64,000 nucleotides of DNA from an uncultured virus (IMG/VR IMGVR_UViG_3300027396_000015) (taxonomy: Duplodnaviria > Heunggongvirae > Uroviricota > Caudoviricetes). The position numbers and the translations under genes were made by a program. The notes below the pieces were generated by a model. That model was not told the DNA's origin. It saw nothing but the letters and a program-made list of their open reading frames with translations, and searched no databases. The DNA lies in the IMG/VR virus record IMGVR_UViG_3300027396_000015; one strand, written 5' to 3'. This document shows positions 1 to 10,360 of this stretch, in pieces (position 1 is the first letter of the stretch; every line of letters starts with the position of its first letter).

Positions 1-1
1 T

Positions 2-2034
2 TACCGATTACAAGAACATGGTGGACATACTACTGGAAACTGTGCAGGTAACACACAAGGGTTTGCTCGCGATGCTAATATCTATAATATTACATTCTAC
101 GATAGCATAGATTATGTAAGAGAATTCATAAAAATAAACCAATCAATCCGTTGACTGGTGTTAAAAATCCAACAGTTATGAATAACAGTTGGGGATATCG
201 TTTAAATGGAATTACAGAGTCTAGCATTAGTTCTGTGTATTATAGAGGTGTTACATATAATCGTCCTAGTACAGGATGGACTACAGCAGATTTAGACACA
301 TTTAGGATCCGTACTGGTGCGGCATTGCCAACACAAAGTTCCGCAACGGATATAGATATGATTGAGGCGATGAGCGAAGGCGTCATCATTGTAGCCAGCG
401 CAGGAAATAGTTATTGGTATATAGATGTTCCTGGAGGTCCTGACTATGACAATTATATGGTCTACGGAGGAGTTAGTTACTATATTCACCGAGGTAGTAG
501 TCCTGGCTCGGCAAATGGTGGCACAGAAGATACAAAAATTATCTGTAGCGGAGCAATAGGACAACACAACGAAGCAACAAATGCTAGTATCTACGCCTCG
601 ACTGGTATTGAGGTCGGCGACTACAAAGCAGAATTTAGTAACTACGGTCCTCGCATTGATGTATATGCACCCGGTTCTGGTGTTCAAAGTGTTTGGAATA
701 GTGGAGCATCGTTGTATGATGGGACTGCCGCTACTGATCCAAGAGTTACTGCATTAGGCGGATCTGACTCAATTAATAATAATTTTAAAAAGTGTCCTGG
801 CACTAGTATGAGTTGTCCTAATACCGTAGGTGTAATTGCCTGTTATGCAGAAAAATATCCTCGTATGACACAGGCAGATGCTCGTGCATTAATAGCCGCA
901 ATTAGTACAGACACAGTATTAAGTACCAACGGCGGAACGTTTGATGGTAAAGATGCTGGGTTTACTTACAATCCAAATAGTTGTAGAAAGATGTTGTTCT
1001 TTCAAGGAACAAGACATCCAGGTCAAGAAGTCGGTGGATATTATCCAACACCTTTCCCAACAGTAAACAACTGGTACAGACCTACCAGTGGACAAGTATA
1101 TCCAAGAAAGAAAACTCTTAACAGTTATAATAAGGCCGCAACATTTAGTCTAGCAGTAGACGATTCAACAGTATCAAATACTCAAACTGCTACAGTAACA
1201 TTAACTACTACTAACGTTGCTAATGGTACACAGGTTCCTTATATTATTACAGCAAAGCCTGCGCCGTCCGGTTCATTGACTACTACTGCGTTCTCTGGTG
1301 TTTATACTGCTGATGCTATAGTTACTGGTATAACTTTAGATACAAGACCTAACAGCGGAAATAGATTCTTAACTACTGGTTTACCTAACGGTTCCAGTAG
1401 TGTTATTACAAATAGTATATTAGGTGCCCTAGCATTGTCTAGTTCAACACCTACTGTGCCTGGAGCGTTGACCTTTGTTGGCAGTCAAGACGATGGATAC
1501 TGGACTGTTCCACTGCCGTTCAATGTAACATTCTGTGGTACAACATACAATACAATTTATATTGGAACAAATACATATATCACATTTGGTGCTGGTTCAT
1601 CAAACTGGAGTCAGTTAAATGGTACTAACCCTCCTTATCCAAAGATAATGATAAGTTCTGCAGACAATAGTTGTCAACGAATCTATTATGGTGCAGAAGG
1701 CACAGCACCTAACAGAACTTTCCGTGTTCGCTGGGAGGGAACAGCGTCTACATCTGGCACACTAGGTTCACCTAATATGGTTTACGAAGCAGTCTTTTAC
1801 GAAGCCACTCCTAATCAAGTTGATGTACATACAGGAGTTAACGCTCGTTGGTCTACTACTGTAGCAACATATCCATTTGCGGCTGGTGATGTTAGTGTTC
1901 CATTAACTGGAGTAATGACGGTTAGCAGTAATACCGCATCATTACCAATAACTATTAACACCCAATCGGCGCTGACTATGAATGTGCGTTTGGGGATATT
2001 TCCTGCACCAAATGTCAATATATCGGTAAACTAA
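2..2034 (+). CDS. Subtilisin-like (S8) peptidase-domain protein, probably virion-associated; 5'-truncated by the window, with a frameshift near 126
   Basis: Frame 2 from base 2 gives the His motif HGGHTTGNCAG. Frame 1 gives NNSWG, SAGN, FSNYG and the Ser motif GTSMSCP, followed by a Thr/Ser-rich beta C-terminus. Confidence 0.8.
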
Positions 2035-2037
2035 AAG

Positions 2038-2066
2038 TTGACATTTTTAAACTAATATAATAAACT
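2038..2066 (+). promoter_or_regulatory. sigma70-type promoter
   Basis: TTGACA-N17-TAAACT. Confidence 0.6.
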
Positions 2067-2073
2067 AAGGATT

Positions 2074-2247
2074 ATGAACGAATCAAAAACGTACACGGTA
2101 GAGGAAATATTCGAAGACATACCTGGAGATCCAGATAATGTCATGTTCAAAATTCCTCCTGAAATCTGTGAAAAAATGGGATGGAAAGAAGGAGATAAAA
2201 TTCATATCTCCGTAACCGATGGTCGTATGATCTTTACTAAAGAATGA
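2074..2247 (+). CDS. AbrB/MazE/SpoVT-like small DNA-binding protein (57 aa, not in the ORF track)
   Basis: [57 protein letters not shown]. The IP-x3-C-x2-MGW-x-EGD pattern is AbrB-like. The stop overlaps the infA start (ATGA). Confidence 0.7.
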   Translation: MNESKTYTVEEIFEDIPGDPDNVMFKIPPEICEKMGWKEGDKIHISVTDGRMIFTKE

Positions 2248-2459
2248 GCAAAAGCGATTTATTAGAAATGGAAGGATCCATTTCTGAAGTATTACCTAGC
2301 AATATGTTTAGGGTAACTTTGGAAAATGGGCATGTTCTTACTTGCTACACTAATGGCCGACTGCGCCAAAATAAAATCAAAATCATCTTGGGCGACAAAG
2401 TTCGGATTGAAATGAGCCCTTACGATTTGTCCAAAGGCCGAATTACATACCGCCTTTGA
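2244..2459 (+). CDS. infA: Translation initiation factor IF-1
   Basis: 71 aa with [13 protein letters not shown] and [21 protein letters not shown]. Confidence 0.95.
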   Translation: MSKSDLLEMEGSISEVLPSNMFRVTLENGHVLTCYTNGRLRQNKIKIILGDKVRIEMSPYDLSKGRITYRL

Positions 2460-2460
2460 C

Positions 2461-2489
2461 TTGACTTTTAAATAATTTGACTGTATAAT
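2461..2489 (+). promoter_or_regulatory. sigma70-type promoter
   Basis: TTGACT-N17-TATAAT. Confidence 0.8.
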
Positions 2490-2554
2490 ATTCCATATAC
2501 ACAATAATAATGTTGTGTGTAGGTGGCCAAGAGAAGGCCTAGAAAGGAAATTAT

Positions 2555-3700
2555 ATGACACAAAAAACCCATGCTCAGATTATCAACGAGCAATATCTCA
2601 AATCGGATAGCCATTTTGTAACTCTACAAGAACGTTTGGCTGAAGCACTCAAAACCGCTCCTATGTTTGTTGGACTACTCACCGGAGTAGTTGACGAATT
2701 TAAACGTCGTCACAAAGAATGGACAACCTTTACCGACCTGCTGTTGTGCCAAGCAATCATGGTGCCAATGGACAAGATCCTAATTGACTCCACGATGCAA
2801 CGCAGTCTTAATCTGCGACATGTTCTAAACATTCTTCAACACTTCCGTAGCACAATGACTATGGCTATTCAAGTTTATATTGACGAAGACAAGCCTGGTT
2901 ATTACATTGCCTGGGACGGACAGCACACCGCAATTACTCTTTACATTATTCTTACCAAAGTGTTCGGTGAACGCACAGCACAAACAATGGTGCCAGTGGT
3001 TGTGTATAATGTAAAACACAAATTAGAAATTCGTCGTAACTTTATTTTGTTAAACGGCGATGCTAAAGAAGAACTTGACTTCATTGACAAGTACAAGCAA
3101 ATGGTTTATGGCTCTAAGGTTGACGGTGCAGATGACACCGAATGGACTGACACAGCCAAGAAGAACGATTATCTTGCGGCCGCTGGCTTGTTTGCCACAC
3201 ACAGCAAGTTTGGTGACGAAGACCAACCTGGTGCGTTCAGTTTGTTGGCTGACACACTTATGAGCAAGAGTCTGAAGACTCGTAAGGATCCGGAAGTCAC
3301 CCGTATGTTTGCTCAGTACTGGACTTACTTAAACCAACAACGTCCTGTAGAACCTAAGGAAGCACGTCAGTTATACGAATACTTTAATCTGTGTTTTGAA
3401 CAAGGCATTACTGTTGATGACAAATACTTGCTAGACTTTGCGGCATTTACAAAAGAATACTTCGATGGTGACTTTGGCCCCAACGGTCCGTTCTGGGATA
3501 AGGTTAAGATGGCCTATGAAGAATGGTACAAGAAGGCCAACCCAGAGTCATACGCAGAGTCAGGATTGCGTGGCTTTACTTCAGAAATGCGTACAGGTAT
3601 TCCGTTCTTGATTGCACAGGTTAAGAAGAGTACTAAATTGAAGACACCAGAATATTCTGCTAACAACGGTTTTACTGTTGCTAAGAAAGACTTGTGGTAA
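2555..3700 (+). CDS. ParB/Srx-like (DGQH motif) protein
   Basis: IDSTMQR and AWDGQHT motifs; SD AAAGGA. Confidence 0.55.
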   Translation: MTQKTHAQIINEQYLKSDSHFVTLQERLAEALKTAPMFVGLLTGVVDEFKRRHKEWTTFTDLLLCQAIMVPMDKILIDSTMQRSLNLRHVLNILQHFRSTMTMAIQVYIDEDKPGYYIAWDGQHTAITLYIILTKVFGERTAQTMVPVVVYNVKHKLEIRRNFILLNGDAKEELDFIDKYKQMVYGSKVDGADDTEWTDTAKKNDYLAAAGLFATHSKFGDEDQPGAFSLLADTLMSKSLKTRKDPEVTRMFAQYWTYLNQQRPVEPKEARQLYEYFNLCFEQGITVDDKYLLDFAAFTKEYFDGDFGPNGPFWDKVKMAYEEWYKKANPESYAESGLRGFTSEMRTGIPFLIAQVKKSTKLKTPEYSANNGFTVAKKDLW

Positions 3701-3701
3701 T

Positions 3702-4172
3702 ATGTCCAAGCTCAGAGATCCTAATAAGGATAAACTCAAAGGACAGAGTATCCTTAAGGAACAATATCGCTTACAATGCAAATGTAAGTTAGAAGATTGT
3801 GACAATGACCTTACAATCTTCGATGGTCCTGGTAGCGATGGTTACTGTCGTGAACACCAACTGCAATTAACAGAGTACGGTGGTATGGGCAAAGCGGATC
3901 GTCCACACACATTCTATCGTGGGTGGGTGTGCGAGAAGTGTGGATACGATCCTCGTGTTGATCCGCAGTTTGACGATATCGAAGATCCGTTCCATAAATT
4001 ACGTTGTATGCGTGGTGTAATGCACGGCGACCACTTAGAACGTCAAAGCGATGGTGGTAAAGATGTTGCAGAAAATATTCAAACACTCTGCTGTCGTTGT
4101 CACATGATTAAGACTTACAAAGAAAAAGATTATCTTAAGGGTAATAAAGGAGAATCTAATGGAAGTAATTAA
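3702..4172 (+). CDS. HNH endonuclease
   Basis: CEKC ... DHLERQSDGG...NIQTLCCRCH; ATG lies one base after the previous stop. Confidence 0.8.
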   Translation: MSKLRDPNKDKLKGQSILKEQYRLQCKCKLEDCDNDLTIFDGPGSDGYCREHQLQLTEYGGMGKADRPHTFYRGWVCEKCGYDPRVDPQFDDIEDPFHKLRCMRGVMHGDHLERQSDGGKDVAENIQTLCCRCHMIKTYKEKDYLKGNKGESNGSN

Positions 4173-4404
4173 CATCAACGACCGCAACGAAAAACGTCGC
4201 AAAGAAAATATGCTGGATGTTATCGAAGAAGTGCGTAAGCGTATCGAAGAAGGTAGCATGGAAGAATTTGTCATGGCCAGTATAGACAAAGATGGCGAAG
4301 TAAACATTCACGCCAGCGTTAAAGACCTTATTGGCGGGGTAGGCTTATTTGAAATAGGCAAAAACATTCTTATTCAACAACAAACGATGATCGATTATGA
4401 ATGA
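4159..4404 (+). CDS. Hypothetical protein
   Basis: 81-aa ORF with SD AAGGAG, overlapping its neighbours. Confidence 0.7.
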   Translation: MEVININDRNEKRRKENMLDVIEEVRKRIEEGSMEEFVMASIDKDGEVNIHASVKDLIGGVGLFEIGKNILIQQQTMIDYE

Positions 4405-5110
4405 TTTTACTCCATTAAATGAACGTACATGGCCTGCTGAAAATGTTTTGGCTATGGCCTGTGCTATTTTTAGAACTAAAGGCTATACCAGCGTTAGTGC
4501 TTTTACCAATGCAGATCCTGACAGCGATGAACGCTGGAATAGCAAAGAACATTTGAGTTATCAAATGGTTCCGGACTTGAATAAAGATTATAAAGTACTG
4601 GTCAAAGTTACTCAGGAAGATACAGATACAGCCAGTGCTATTATACATTATTATCGTAGACTGACATTTGGTGTTATTGCAGACAATCTCAACGACTATA
4701 TGCAACGAGTGTTTTCTAGTACTCAAAAACCTGAAGTAATTTTTAAAGACTTTGGTATTTTGGCCAGCGTTCCTAGTTTGTATTTCAAAGAAATGGAAAA
4801 GAAACGTATTATCACAGAGTCCAAAACTGCCAAACAAGAGCATATCGGAGTAGTAGGTGAGCCAATTTTACTGAATATTAGATATGTTAATACTAGATAT
4901 GTCAAAAAACTTAACTGCTATGCCCACGATGCTGTCACAGATGGCGGTCATTTGGTAAACTTTTTGAATAAGTCTGCACTAGGTAAGACTGGAGAGACTC
5001 AAACTATACGTGCCAGAGTCAAAGCACACGGTGTAAATTACACAACCAAATCCATTGAAACCCAATTAAATTATGTCAAACCAATTGACAAAGAGTTAAT
5101 TTGGCAGTAA
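4397..5110 (+). CDS. Hypothetical phage protein (possible C-terminal OB-fold)
   Basis: 237-aa ORF in operon. Confidence 0.7.
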   Translation: MNDFTPLNERTWPAENVLAMACAIFRTKGYTSVSAFTNADPDSDERWNSKEHLSYQMVPDLNKDYKVLVKVTQEDTDTASAIIHYYRRLTFGVIADNLNDYMQRVFSSTQKPEVIFKDFGILASVPSLYFKEMEKKRIITESKTAKQEHIGVVGEPILLNIRYVNTRYVKKLNCYAHDAVTDGGHLVNFLNKSALGKTGETQTIRARVKAHGVNYTTKSIETQLNYVKPIDKELIWQ

Positions 5111-5113
5111 AAT
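5085..5113 (+). promoter_or_regulatory. sigma70-type promoter
   Basis: TTGACA-N17-TAAAAT upstream of the ligase. Confidence 0.75.
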
Positions 5114-5142
5114 AATAGCATAGTTAAATTTTAGGAGATATT

Positions 5143-6465
5143 GTGAGCGATCCATGCCAAAATGTTATTAGTACACTAGAAGATCATCCTAGTCGTTTGA
5201 ACAAAGAAGCAATCATTCTTGCACAAGCGGAGGCAGGTAACAACGAATTCTTCGAAGGTGTGCGTCTTGCATTAGATCCAATGATTACCTTTGGACTTAA
5301 ACAAATCCCAGAGAAAACAGATGCAGACGGTCCAGGCTTAGACTGGGGCAGTTTTACTCTCGCTATTACTGGCTTTGTCACTCGCAATGTCACCGGTAAT
5401 ACAGCGAGGGATATGATTCAAACAATGATAAAGTCAGCCACTAAGAAACAGTGGAATGGCTGGTATCGTCGTATCCTTATTAAAGACTTGCGTTGTGGCG
5501 TAAGCGAAAAAACAATCAACAAAGTTGTGGAGAAGAAATATGCTCACTATAGTGTGCCTGTGTTTAGTTGCCAGCTCGCTCACGATAGCGCAAATCATGA
5601 GGCTAAGGTGGTTGGAAAGAAACTTATCGAAGTCAAACTTGATGGAGTACGAGTTATTACTATCGTCAGGGCCGACGGGCGTGTTGATATGTTTAGTCGT
5701 AACGGCAAAGAGCTTGTCAATTTTCCTCACATAGCAGAGCAGATTAGTGCAGTAGTTAAACAAGATCCTCCGCCATATGATTTGGTGCTAGACGGCGAAG
5801 TTATGTCTAGCAGTTTCCAAGATTTGATGAAGCAGGTACACCGCAAGAGTGATGTACAAAGCGATGATGCTGTACTTAATTTGTTTGACGTACTACCTTT
5901 GTCAAACTTTGAACAAGGCTCTTGGGATAAAAGCCAATCGGATCGTAGCGATATGGTCTACTACTGGCACAAGAAACATAAAGATGCGTTACCTAATGTA
6001 GCAGTTGTTGGACACGAACTTGTCGATCTCGATACTGATGCAGGTAAAAAACGTTTCAAAGAAATTAATCAAAAGGCAATCGATGGCGGTTACGAAGGTA
6101 TTATGATCAAAGATCCTAATGCTGGATATGAATGTAAACGTAGTGTGGCTTGGCTTAAACTAAAGCCATTTATCGAAGTGTCATTGGCTGTTACAGCAGT
6201 AGAAGAAGGAACAGGTAAAAATGTCGGAAAACTTGGCGCTTTTGTTTGCGAAGGCAGAGACGATGGACGTGATATCATTGTTAATGTTGGTAGCGGTTTT
6301 ACTGATGCTGATCGCGATGCTTATTGGTCCGGTCGTGAAGAGGTGGTTGGCAAAATCGTTGAGGTACGTGCTGACGCTATCACACAAAACCAGGATGGAA
6401 GTTACTCTTTACGCTTTCCGCGCTTCTTACATTTTAGAGGGTTCCAAAGTGGCGAGAAAATTTGA
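5143..6465 (+). CDS. lig: ATP-dependent DNA ligase
   Basis: EVKLDGVR (KxDG), LDGEV, EGIMIKD, WLKLKP, VGSGF, SLRFPRF. Confidence 0.95.
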   Translation: MSDPCQNVISTLEDHPSRLNKEAIILAQAEAGNNEFFEGVRLALDPMITFGLKQIPEKTDADGPGLDWGSFTLAITGFVTRNVTGNTARDMIQTMIKSATKKQWNGWYRRILIKDLRCGVSEKTINKVVEKKYAHYSVPVFSCQLAHDSANHEAKVVGKKLIEVKLDGVRVITIVRADGRVDMFSRNGKELVNFPHIAEQISAVVKQDPPPYDLVLDGEVMSSSFQDLMKQVHRKSDVQSDDAVLNLFDVLPLSNFEQGSWDKSQSDRSDMVYYWHKKHKDALPNVAVVGHELVDLDTDAGKKRFKEINQKAIDGGYEGIMIKDPNAGYECKRSVAWLKLKPFIEVSLAVTAVEEGTGKNVGKLGAFVCEGRDDGRDIIVNVGSGFTDADRDAYWSGREEVVGKIVEVRADAITQNQDGSYSLRFPRFLHFRGFQSGEKI

Positions 6466-6700
6466 TATCCGCAGAAGTATGCACAAGGATATGCTCTATG
6501 GAGCATTACTAGAACTTAGCCAAAACGGTAGAGTCTGGCACGAAAGTACTGTAAGTCCTGAATACAGTCACTTAACTGAAGACGGTAAGAATGCTATTAT
6601 TCATGTAGTCGAAGAAATGTTTCGCGGATTGCAGACAATTCATAAACAAGAAGTCAAAGAAGAAGCCAAACGTCAAACGTTAGAAGGACTGAAGTCGTGA
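6449..6700 (+). CDS. Hypothetical protein
   Basis: Probable GTG start at 6449; the longer ORF in the track overlaps the ligase. Confidence 0.55.
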   Translation: MARKFDIRRSMHKDMLYGALLELSQNGRVWHESTVSPEYSHLTEDGKNAIIHVVEEMFRGLQTIHKQEVKEEAKRQTLEGLKS

Positions 6701-6951
6701 GTAAAGCAAAGCATAAACCTTATCAATGGATTGATGGCGAAACTGCGGATCGAATTACTAGTCTTAATCTAAAAGACTATCGTGCTTACTTGAAAAAAGA
6801 ATTACGTCAATGGAAAAAGAATCCTAAAACAGAATCAAATCCAGACGGCTATTGGTTACACCCTGAAGATGTTGTAATCAATATGCGTACCATTGAAGCA
6901 TTAGATTTAATTATTAGCCATTTCCCTGAAACCTCGGATGATATAAAATGA
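6697..6951 (+). CDS. Hypothetical protein
   Basis: 84-aa ORF, start/stop-coupled to its neighbours. Confidence 0.7.
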   Translation: MSKAKHKPYQWIDGETADRITSLNLKDYRAYLKKELRQWKKNPKTESNPDGYWLHPEDVVINMRTIEALDLIISHFPETSDDIK

Positions 6952-7430
6952 CAGAAGATCAAGAGTATAACGAATACGAAGCCTTTGCTAAACGTATGGA
7001 AGAAAGATTTCCATTAATGTTTGCGGAACGCTACGGCGGATTTGCTGTAGGTAAAGGTTGGTGGCCTATCCTAGAAAATCTCTGTGCCAATATACAGGGC
7101 AGGATTGATTGGGCAAAGAAGCAACACGATTGGGACGTTGAAAATAAAAAAGAACCTGCTCGTGAACTTATTCCGCAGGTAGTTGTAGAACAAATTAAAG
7201 AAAAGTTTGGCGGGCTTCGTTTCTATTATCAAGGCGGTGACGAATACATTCACGGCATGGTTACCATGGCAGAATCCTGGGCAGACTCTTGTTGCGAAGA
7301 ATGTTGTGCTCCTGGCAAACGTAGAGATGGCGGATGGATTCGTACGCTATGCGATATGCACGAAGCAGAGTATCAGAAAAAACGTCAATCACCCGAGGAT
7401 TATGCCAAACAAAACGGTTTAGAACTTTAA
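6948..7430 (+). CDS. Conserved hypothetical phage protein with Cys cluster
   Basis: QIKEKFGGLRFY and CEEC..GWIRTLC..H. Confidence 0.75.
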   Translation: MTEDQEYNEYEAFAKRMEERFPLMFAERYGGFAVGKGWWPILENLCANIQGRIDWAKKQHDWDVENKKEPARELIPQVVVEQIKEKFGGLRFYYQGGDEYIHGMVTMAESWADSCCEECCAPGKRRDGGWIRTLCDMHEAEYQKKRQSPEDYAKQNGLEL

Positions 7431-7441
7431 GGAGAAGTAGC

Positions 7442-7945
7442 ATGGCAACCTGGACAGTAAGAACTTATTACAAAAAGAGTGTACAAGAAGTTGAATTTTG
7501 GGTTCAACGAGAAGGTAAAGGCAGAATTACTACCACCAATGGATTCCGTTGGGGAGAATGGTCAGTAGAAACCAGTGACGACAATCCTCCAGAATTTGAA
7601 TTTACAGAAGTTCCTGGAGGCGATGGCCGAAAAGACAGCATCAATATGCTAGACTGCTCATACAATAATATTGAAGAAGTTGAACTTATCAGTATGGACG
7701 ACGGTGGTTGCTGGTATGATATCGAGTTTGATGGCCTAACAGAAGAAGAGGAAGAAGAACTGCAAGAGTTTATCGACGAGAATAGCATTTACGATTTAGA
7801 AGATCGCGAAGATTCATGGTATCAAGATGAAACTGAATGGTGGATTTGGGGTCCTATTGAGATTAAAAACGAAGACGGCGAAACTGTACGCATCATCTGT
7901 GCAGATGAAGACGGTAATGTTATTGACTTTAAGGACGAAGAATGA
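7442..7945 (+). CDS. Highly acidic hypothetical protein (paralog A)
   Basis: ATG 7442 with SD AAGGAG; very Asp/Glu/Trp-rich. Confidence 0.75.
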   Translation: MATWTVRTYYKKSVQEVEFWVQREGKGRITTTNGFRWGEWSVETSDDNPPEFEFTEVPGGDGRKDSINMLDCSYNNIEEVELISMDDGGCWYDIEFDGLTEEEEEELQEFIDENSIYDLEDREDSWYQDETEWWIWGPIEIKNEDGETVRIICADEDGNVIDFKDEE

Positions 7946-8163
7946 ACGAACGAATTCAACAACTTGAGCAACAGGCTCGTATCTATGCTGTCAAGCAAAA
8001 CGAAACTACAGCAATGCCGTATAGTCAAGCATACGCAGAAAAGTATGTAGAGTTGATGGAACGAATGGTGTTGGATGCAATGGTAGAATCTGAATGGTTT
8101 CATGGCAAGGCAACCAATAATCAGCGAACCCAAGCGTATGTGGCAAGAACATTTCGGAGTTGA
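7942..8163 (+). CDS. Hypothetical protein
   Basis: 73-aa ORF starting MNERI, coupled to the upstream stop. Confidence 0.65.
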   Translation: MNERIQQLEQQARIYAVKQNETTAMPYSQAYAEKYVELMERMVLDAMVESEWFHGKATNNQRTQAYVARTFRS

Positions 8164-8166
8164 AGA

Positions 8167-8706
8167 ATGAGCAAAGTATATCTGATCAAACCGTTAGAAA
8201 AGAAAAGTATCTGCTGGCACATTGAAATGTACCGCGAAAATGCGGATGGTTCAATTAGTTGGTTCAACATCGATGATCACTATCGTTGGGGTCAAGGGTT
8301 TGTTGAAGAAGACATGGATTGTAACTTGCCTTTAGAAGGCGATGCTCAAGCACACGCTAAGACAGACTGCGGTTGGGGGTCTGAATTAGATGACCAACAC
8401 GCTTGTTGGTTTGAATTTAGCGATGATATCACTGAAGAAGAGCAAGAACAAATTAAAGAGTGTTACCTAGAAGGCGATCCAGACGATGACGACGAGCGCA
8501 GTGGTGCGGCTTGGTTGTTTGAAGGCAATCATGATTGGCAAGTTGAAGATGACTACCTAGTTATCGACGCTCCTTTCCAAGTCAGTCTCTGTGAAGATGA
8601 CGGTACTGTTGTTGAAGAAAACGTTAAATTACGTACTAGAGAAGAACTTGCTGAGTCTGTTCGAAAATGGCAGGAAGAAAATGGGAACAATAAGTGGCCG
8701 TTTTAA
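8167..8706 (+). CDS. Highly acidic hypothetical protein (paralog B)
   Basis: Shares KKS, RWG, TEEE.E and EDG motifs with 7442..7945. Confidence 0.75.
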   Translation: MSKVYLIKPLEKKSICWHIEMYRENADGSISWFNIDDHYRWGQGFVEEDMDCNLPLEGDAQAHAKTDCGWGSELDDQHACWFEFSDDITEEEQEQIKECYLEGDPDDDDERSGAAWLFEGNHDWQVEDDYLVIDAPFQVSLCEDDGTVVEENVKLRTREELAESVRKWQEENGNNKWPF

Positions 8707-8719
8707 TTGGCCTGTAACT

Positions 8720-9076
8720 ATGCCCACTCCAAACAATTACAATAATAATCCTCCGGGTCATTACAAACATCAATATAATTTAATCGATGACAAGGTTGTA
8801 GAGTTCAAAGAACTAATTGTACATCGATTTAAAATGGGAGATGTGGAAGATCCAGACCTGTATGCCGCACAACCATTATTAGAATGGCAGGAAAGCGAAT
8901 CGGGTAAATGGGTTATGAGTCACGCTGTAGAAACTCCTATATGGCATAGACATATGGCTCCAATGAACTATCATACCGATTATGCTATAACAGCCAAACT
9001 AACTGCTCAAGATGCTACATTTTTTATATTAAAATGGGGCAATAGCATTGACAGAATCGGTACATTTCAAGTATAA
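8720..9076 (+). CDS. Hypothetical phage protein (start uncertain, 8681 or 8720)
   Basis: MGDVEDPDLYAAQPL..W motif; fills the gap in the operon. Confidence 0.65.
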   Translation: MPTPNNYNNNPPGHYKHQYNLIDDKVVEFKELIVHRFKMGDVEDPDLYAAQPLLEWQESESGKWVMSHAVETPIWHRHMAPMNYHTDYAITAKLTAQDATFFILKWGNSIDRIGTFQV

Positions 9077-9077
9077 T
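9048..9077 (+). promoter_or_regulatory. sigma70-type promoter giving a probable leaderless mRNA
   Basis: TTGACA-N18-TATAAT, with ATG at 9084. Confidence 0.7.
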
Positions 9078-9083
9078 ACTAGT

Positions 9084-9935
9084 ATGAAAATTAAACTTGT
9101 GTCAGATCTCCATTTAGAGTTTAGCGACATCAATATCCAAAATGATCAGGATTACGATGTGCTTATTCTTGCCGGCGATATTATGATTGCAGAGGAACTC
9201 TACGACCATCCTGTTGTGCCCAGCATCTACGAGTATGGTGCGTTTGCTGACCTTGGACGTAAACAACAAAGGGTAGCTCGCTTTCGTGACTTTTTGAAAC
9301 GTTGCAGTTTCCAATTCCCAAATACAATTTACGTAGCGGGTAACCATGAATTCTATCACGGTAAATGGAATCGTACACTTACTGTACTATCTGAGGAGTG
9401 CGCTCAGTTCCCTAATGTCTACTTCTTGGAGGCAGGCTCAAAGAAAATTGATGATGTAACATTTATTGGTGGTACATTGTGGACTGACATGAACAAAGGT
9501 GATCCTTTGACACTCCATGCTGTGCGGGATATGATGAATGACTTTCGTGTTATCAAAAAGGAAGAAGAAGGTTACACTAACCTTAAGCCACATGATACTG
9601 TTATCCGTCATCGTCATATGCTTGGCTACATCAAAAATGTAGTAGCAGAACGCCCTGACGAAAAGTTTGTTGTAGTAGGACATCATTCGCCGAGTTTCCA
9701 AAGTGTACACGAACAGTACAGAGGTGAAACACTAATGAACGGTGCTTACCACAGTGATTTGAGTGAGTTCATCTTGGATCGTCCACAAATCAAACTGTGG
9801 GTACACGGTCACACTCATCATTGTTTTGATTATATGATTGGTGAAACAAGAGTTGTGTGTAATCCACGTGGTTACGAATCAGATGGTTACAGCGAAGATA
9901 GTGGCTGGAACCCTAACATAGTATTGGAAGTATAA
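9084..9935 (+). CDS. Calcineurin-like metallophosphoesterase
   Basis: SDLH, AGD, GNHE, HHSP and HGHTH motifs. Confidence 0.9.
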   Translation: MKIKLVSDLHLEFSDINIQNDQDYDVLILAGDIMIAEELYDHPVVPSIYEYGAFADLGRKQQRVARFRDFLKRCSFQFPNTIYVAGNHEFYHGKWNRTLTVLSEECAQFPNVYFLEAGSKKIDDVTFIGGTLWTDMNKGDPLTLHAVRDMMNDFRVIKKEEEGYTNLKPHDTVIRHRHMLGYIKNVVAERPDEKFVVVGHHSPSFQSVHEQYRGETLMNGAYHSDLSEFILDRPQIKLWVHGHTHHCFDYMIGETRVVCNPRGYESDGYSEDSGWNPNIVLEV

Positions 9936-10360
9936 TGAAAGTTGGATTAAGTTATAGCCGTTGTGTTCGAGACATTGTTGATGGTGTTGTAGATATCAAT
10001 GATGTTCTTGTTCTCATTACTCGTACGGACTTTGATCCGCATAACGATGAACAATGGGGCAATATTTGGGAAGGCTACGGCGGTGGTCGTAGTGCGGGCA
10101 GTATCTGGAGTAACCCAGAATGGACTGGTTATCATAACGAACAACAGTTTCGTGATATTAGCATCGAATTGTATGATTCGGGTAAAATGCACCAGCCAAG
10201 AAAGTTTGGCGCACATCCAAGTCGTCGCCCAGAGATTTGGTTAGAAACAGTTTTGCCTAGCAGTGAGTTGGCTACTAATCCCGCGGCCAAGGCGGCATGG
10301 GATAAATTTCAAACAGTGGCTGGACTAACTAATGTAGAATTAGATAAGGAGTATAAATGA
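9935..10360 (+). CDS. Hypothetical protein
   Basis: 141-aa coupled ORF. Confidence 0.7.
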   Translation: MKVGLSYSRCVRDIVDGVVDINDVLVLITRTDFDPHNDEQWGNIWEGYGGGRSAGSIWSNPEWTGYHNEQQFRDISIELYDSGKMHQPRKFGAHPSRRPEIWLETVLPSSELATNPAAKAAWDKFQTVAGLTNVELDKEYK

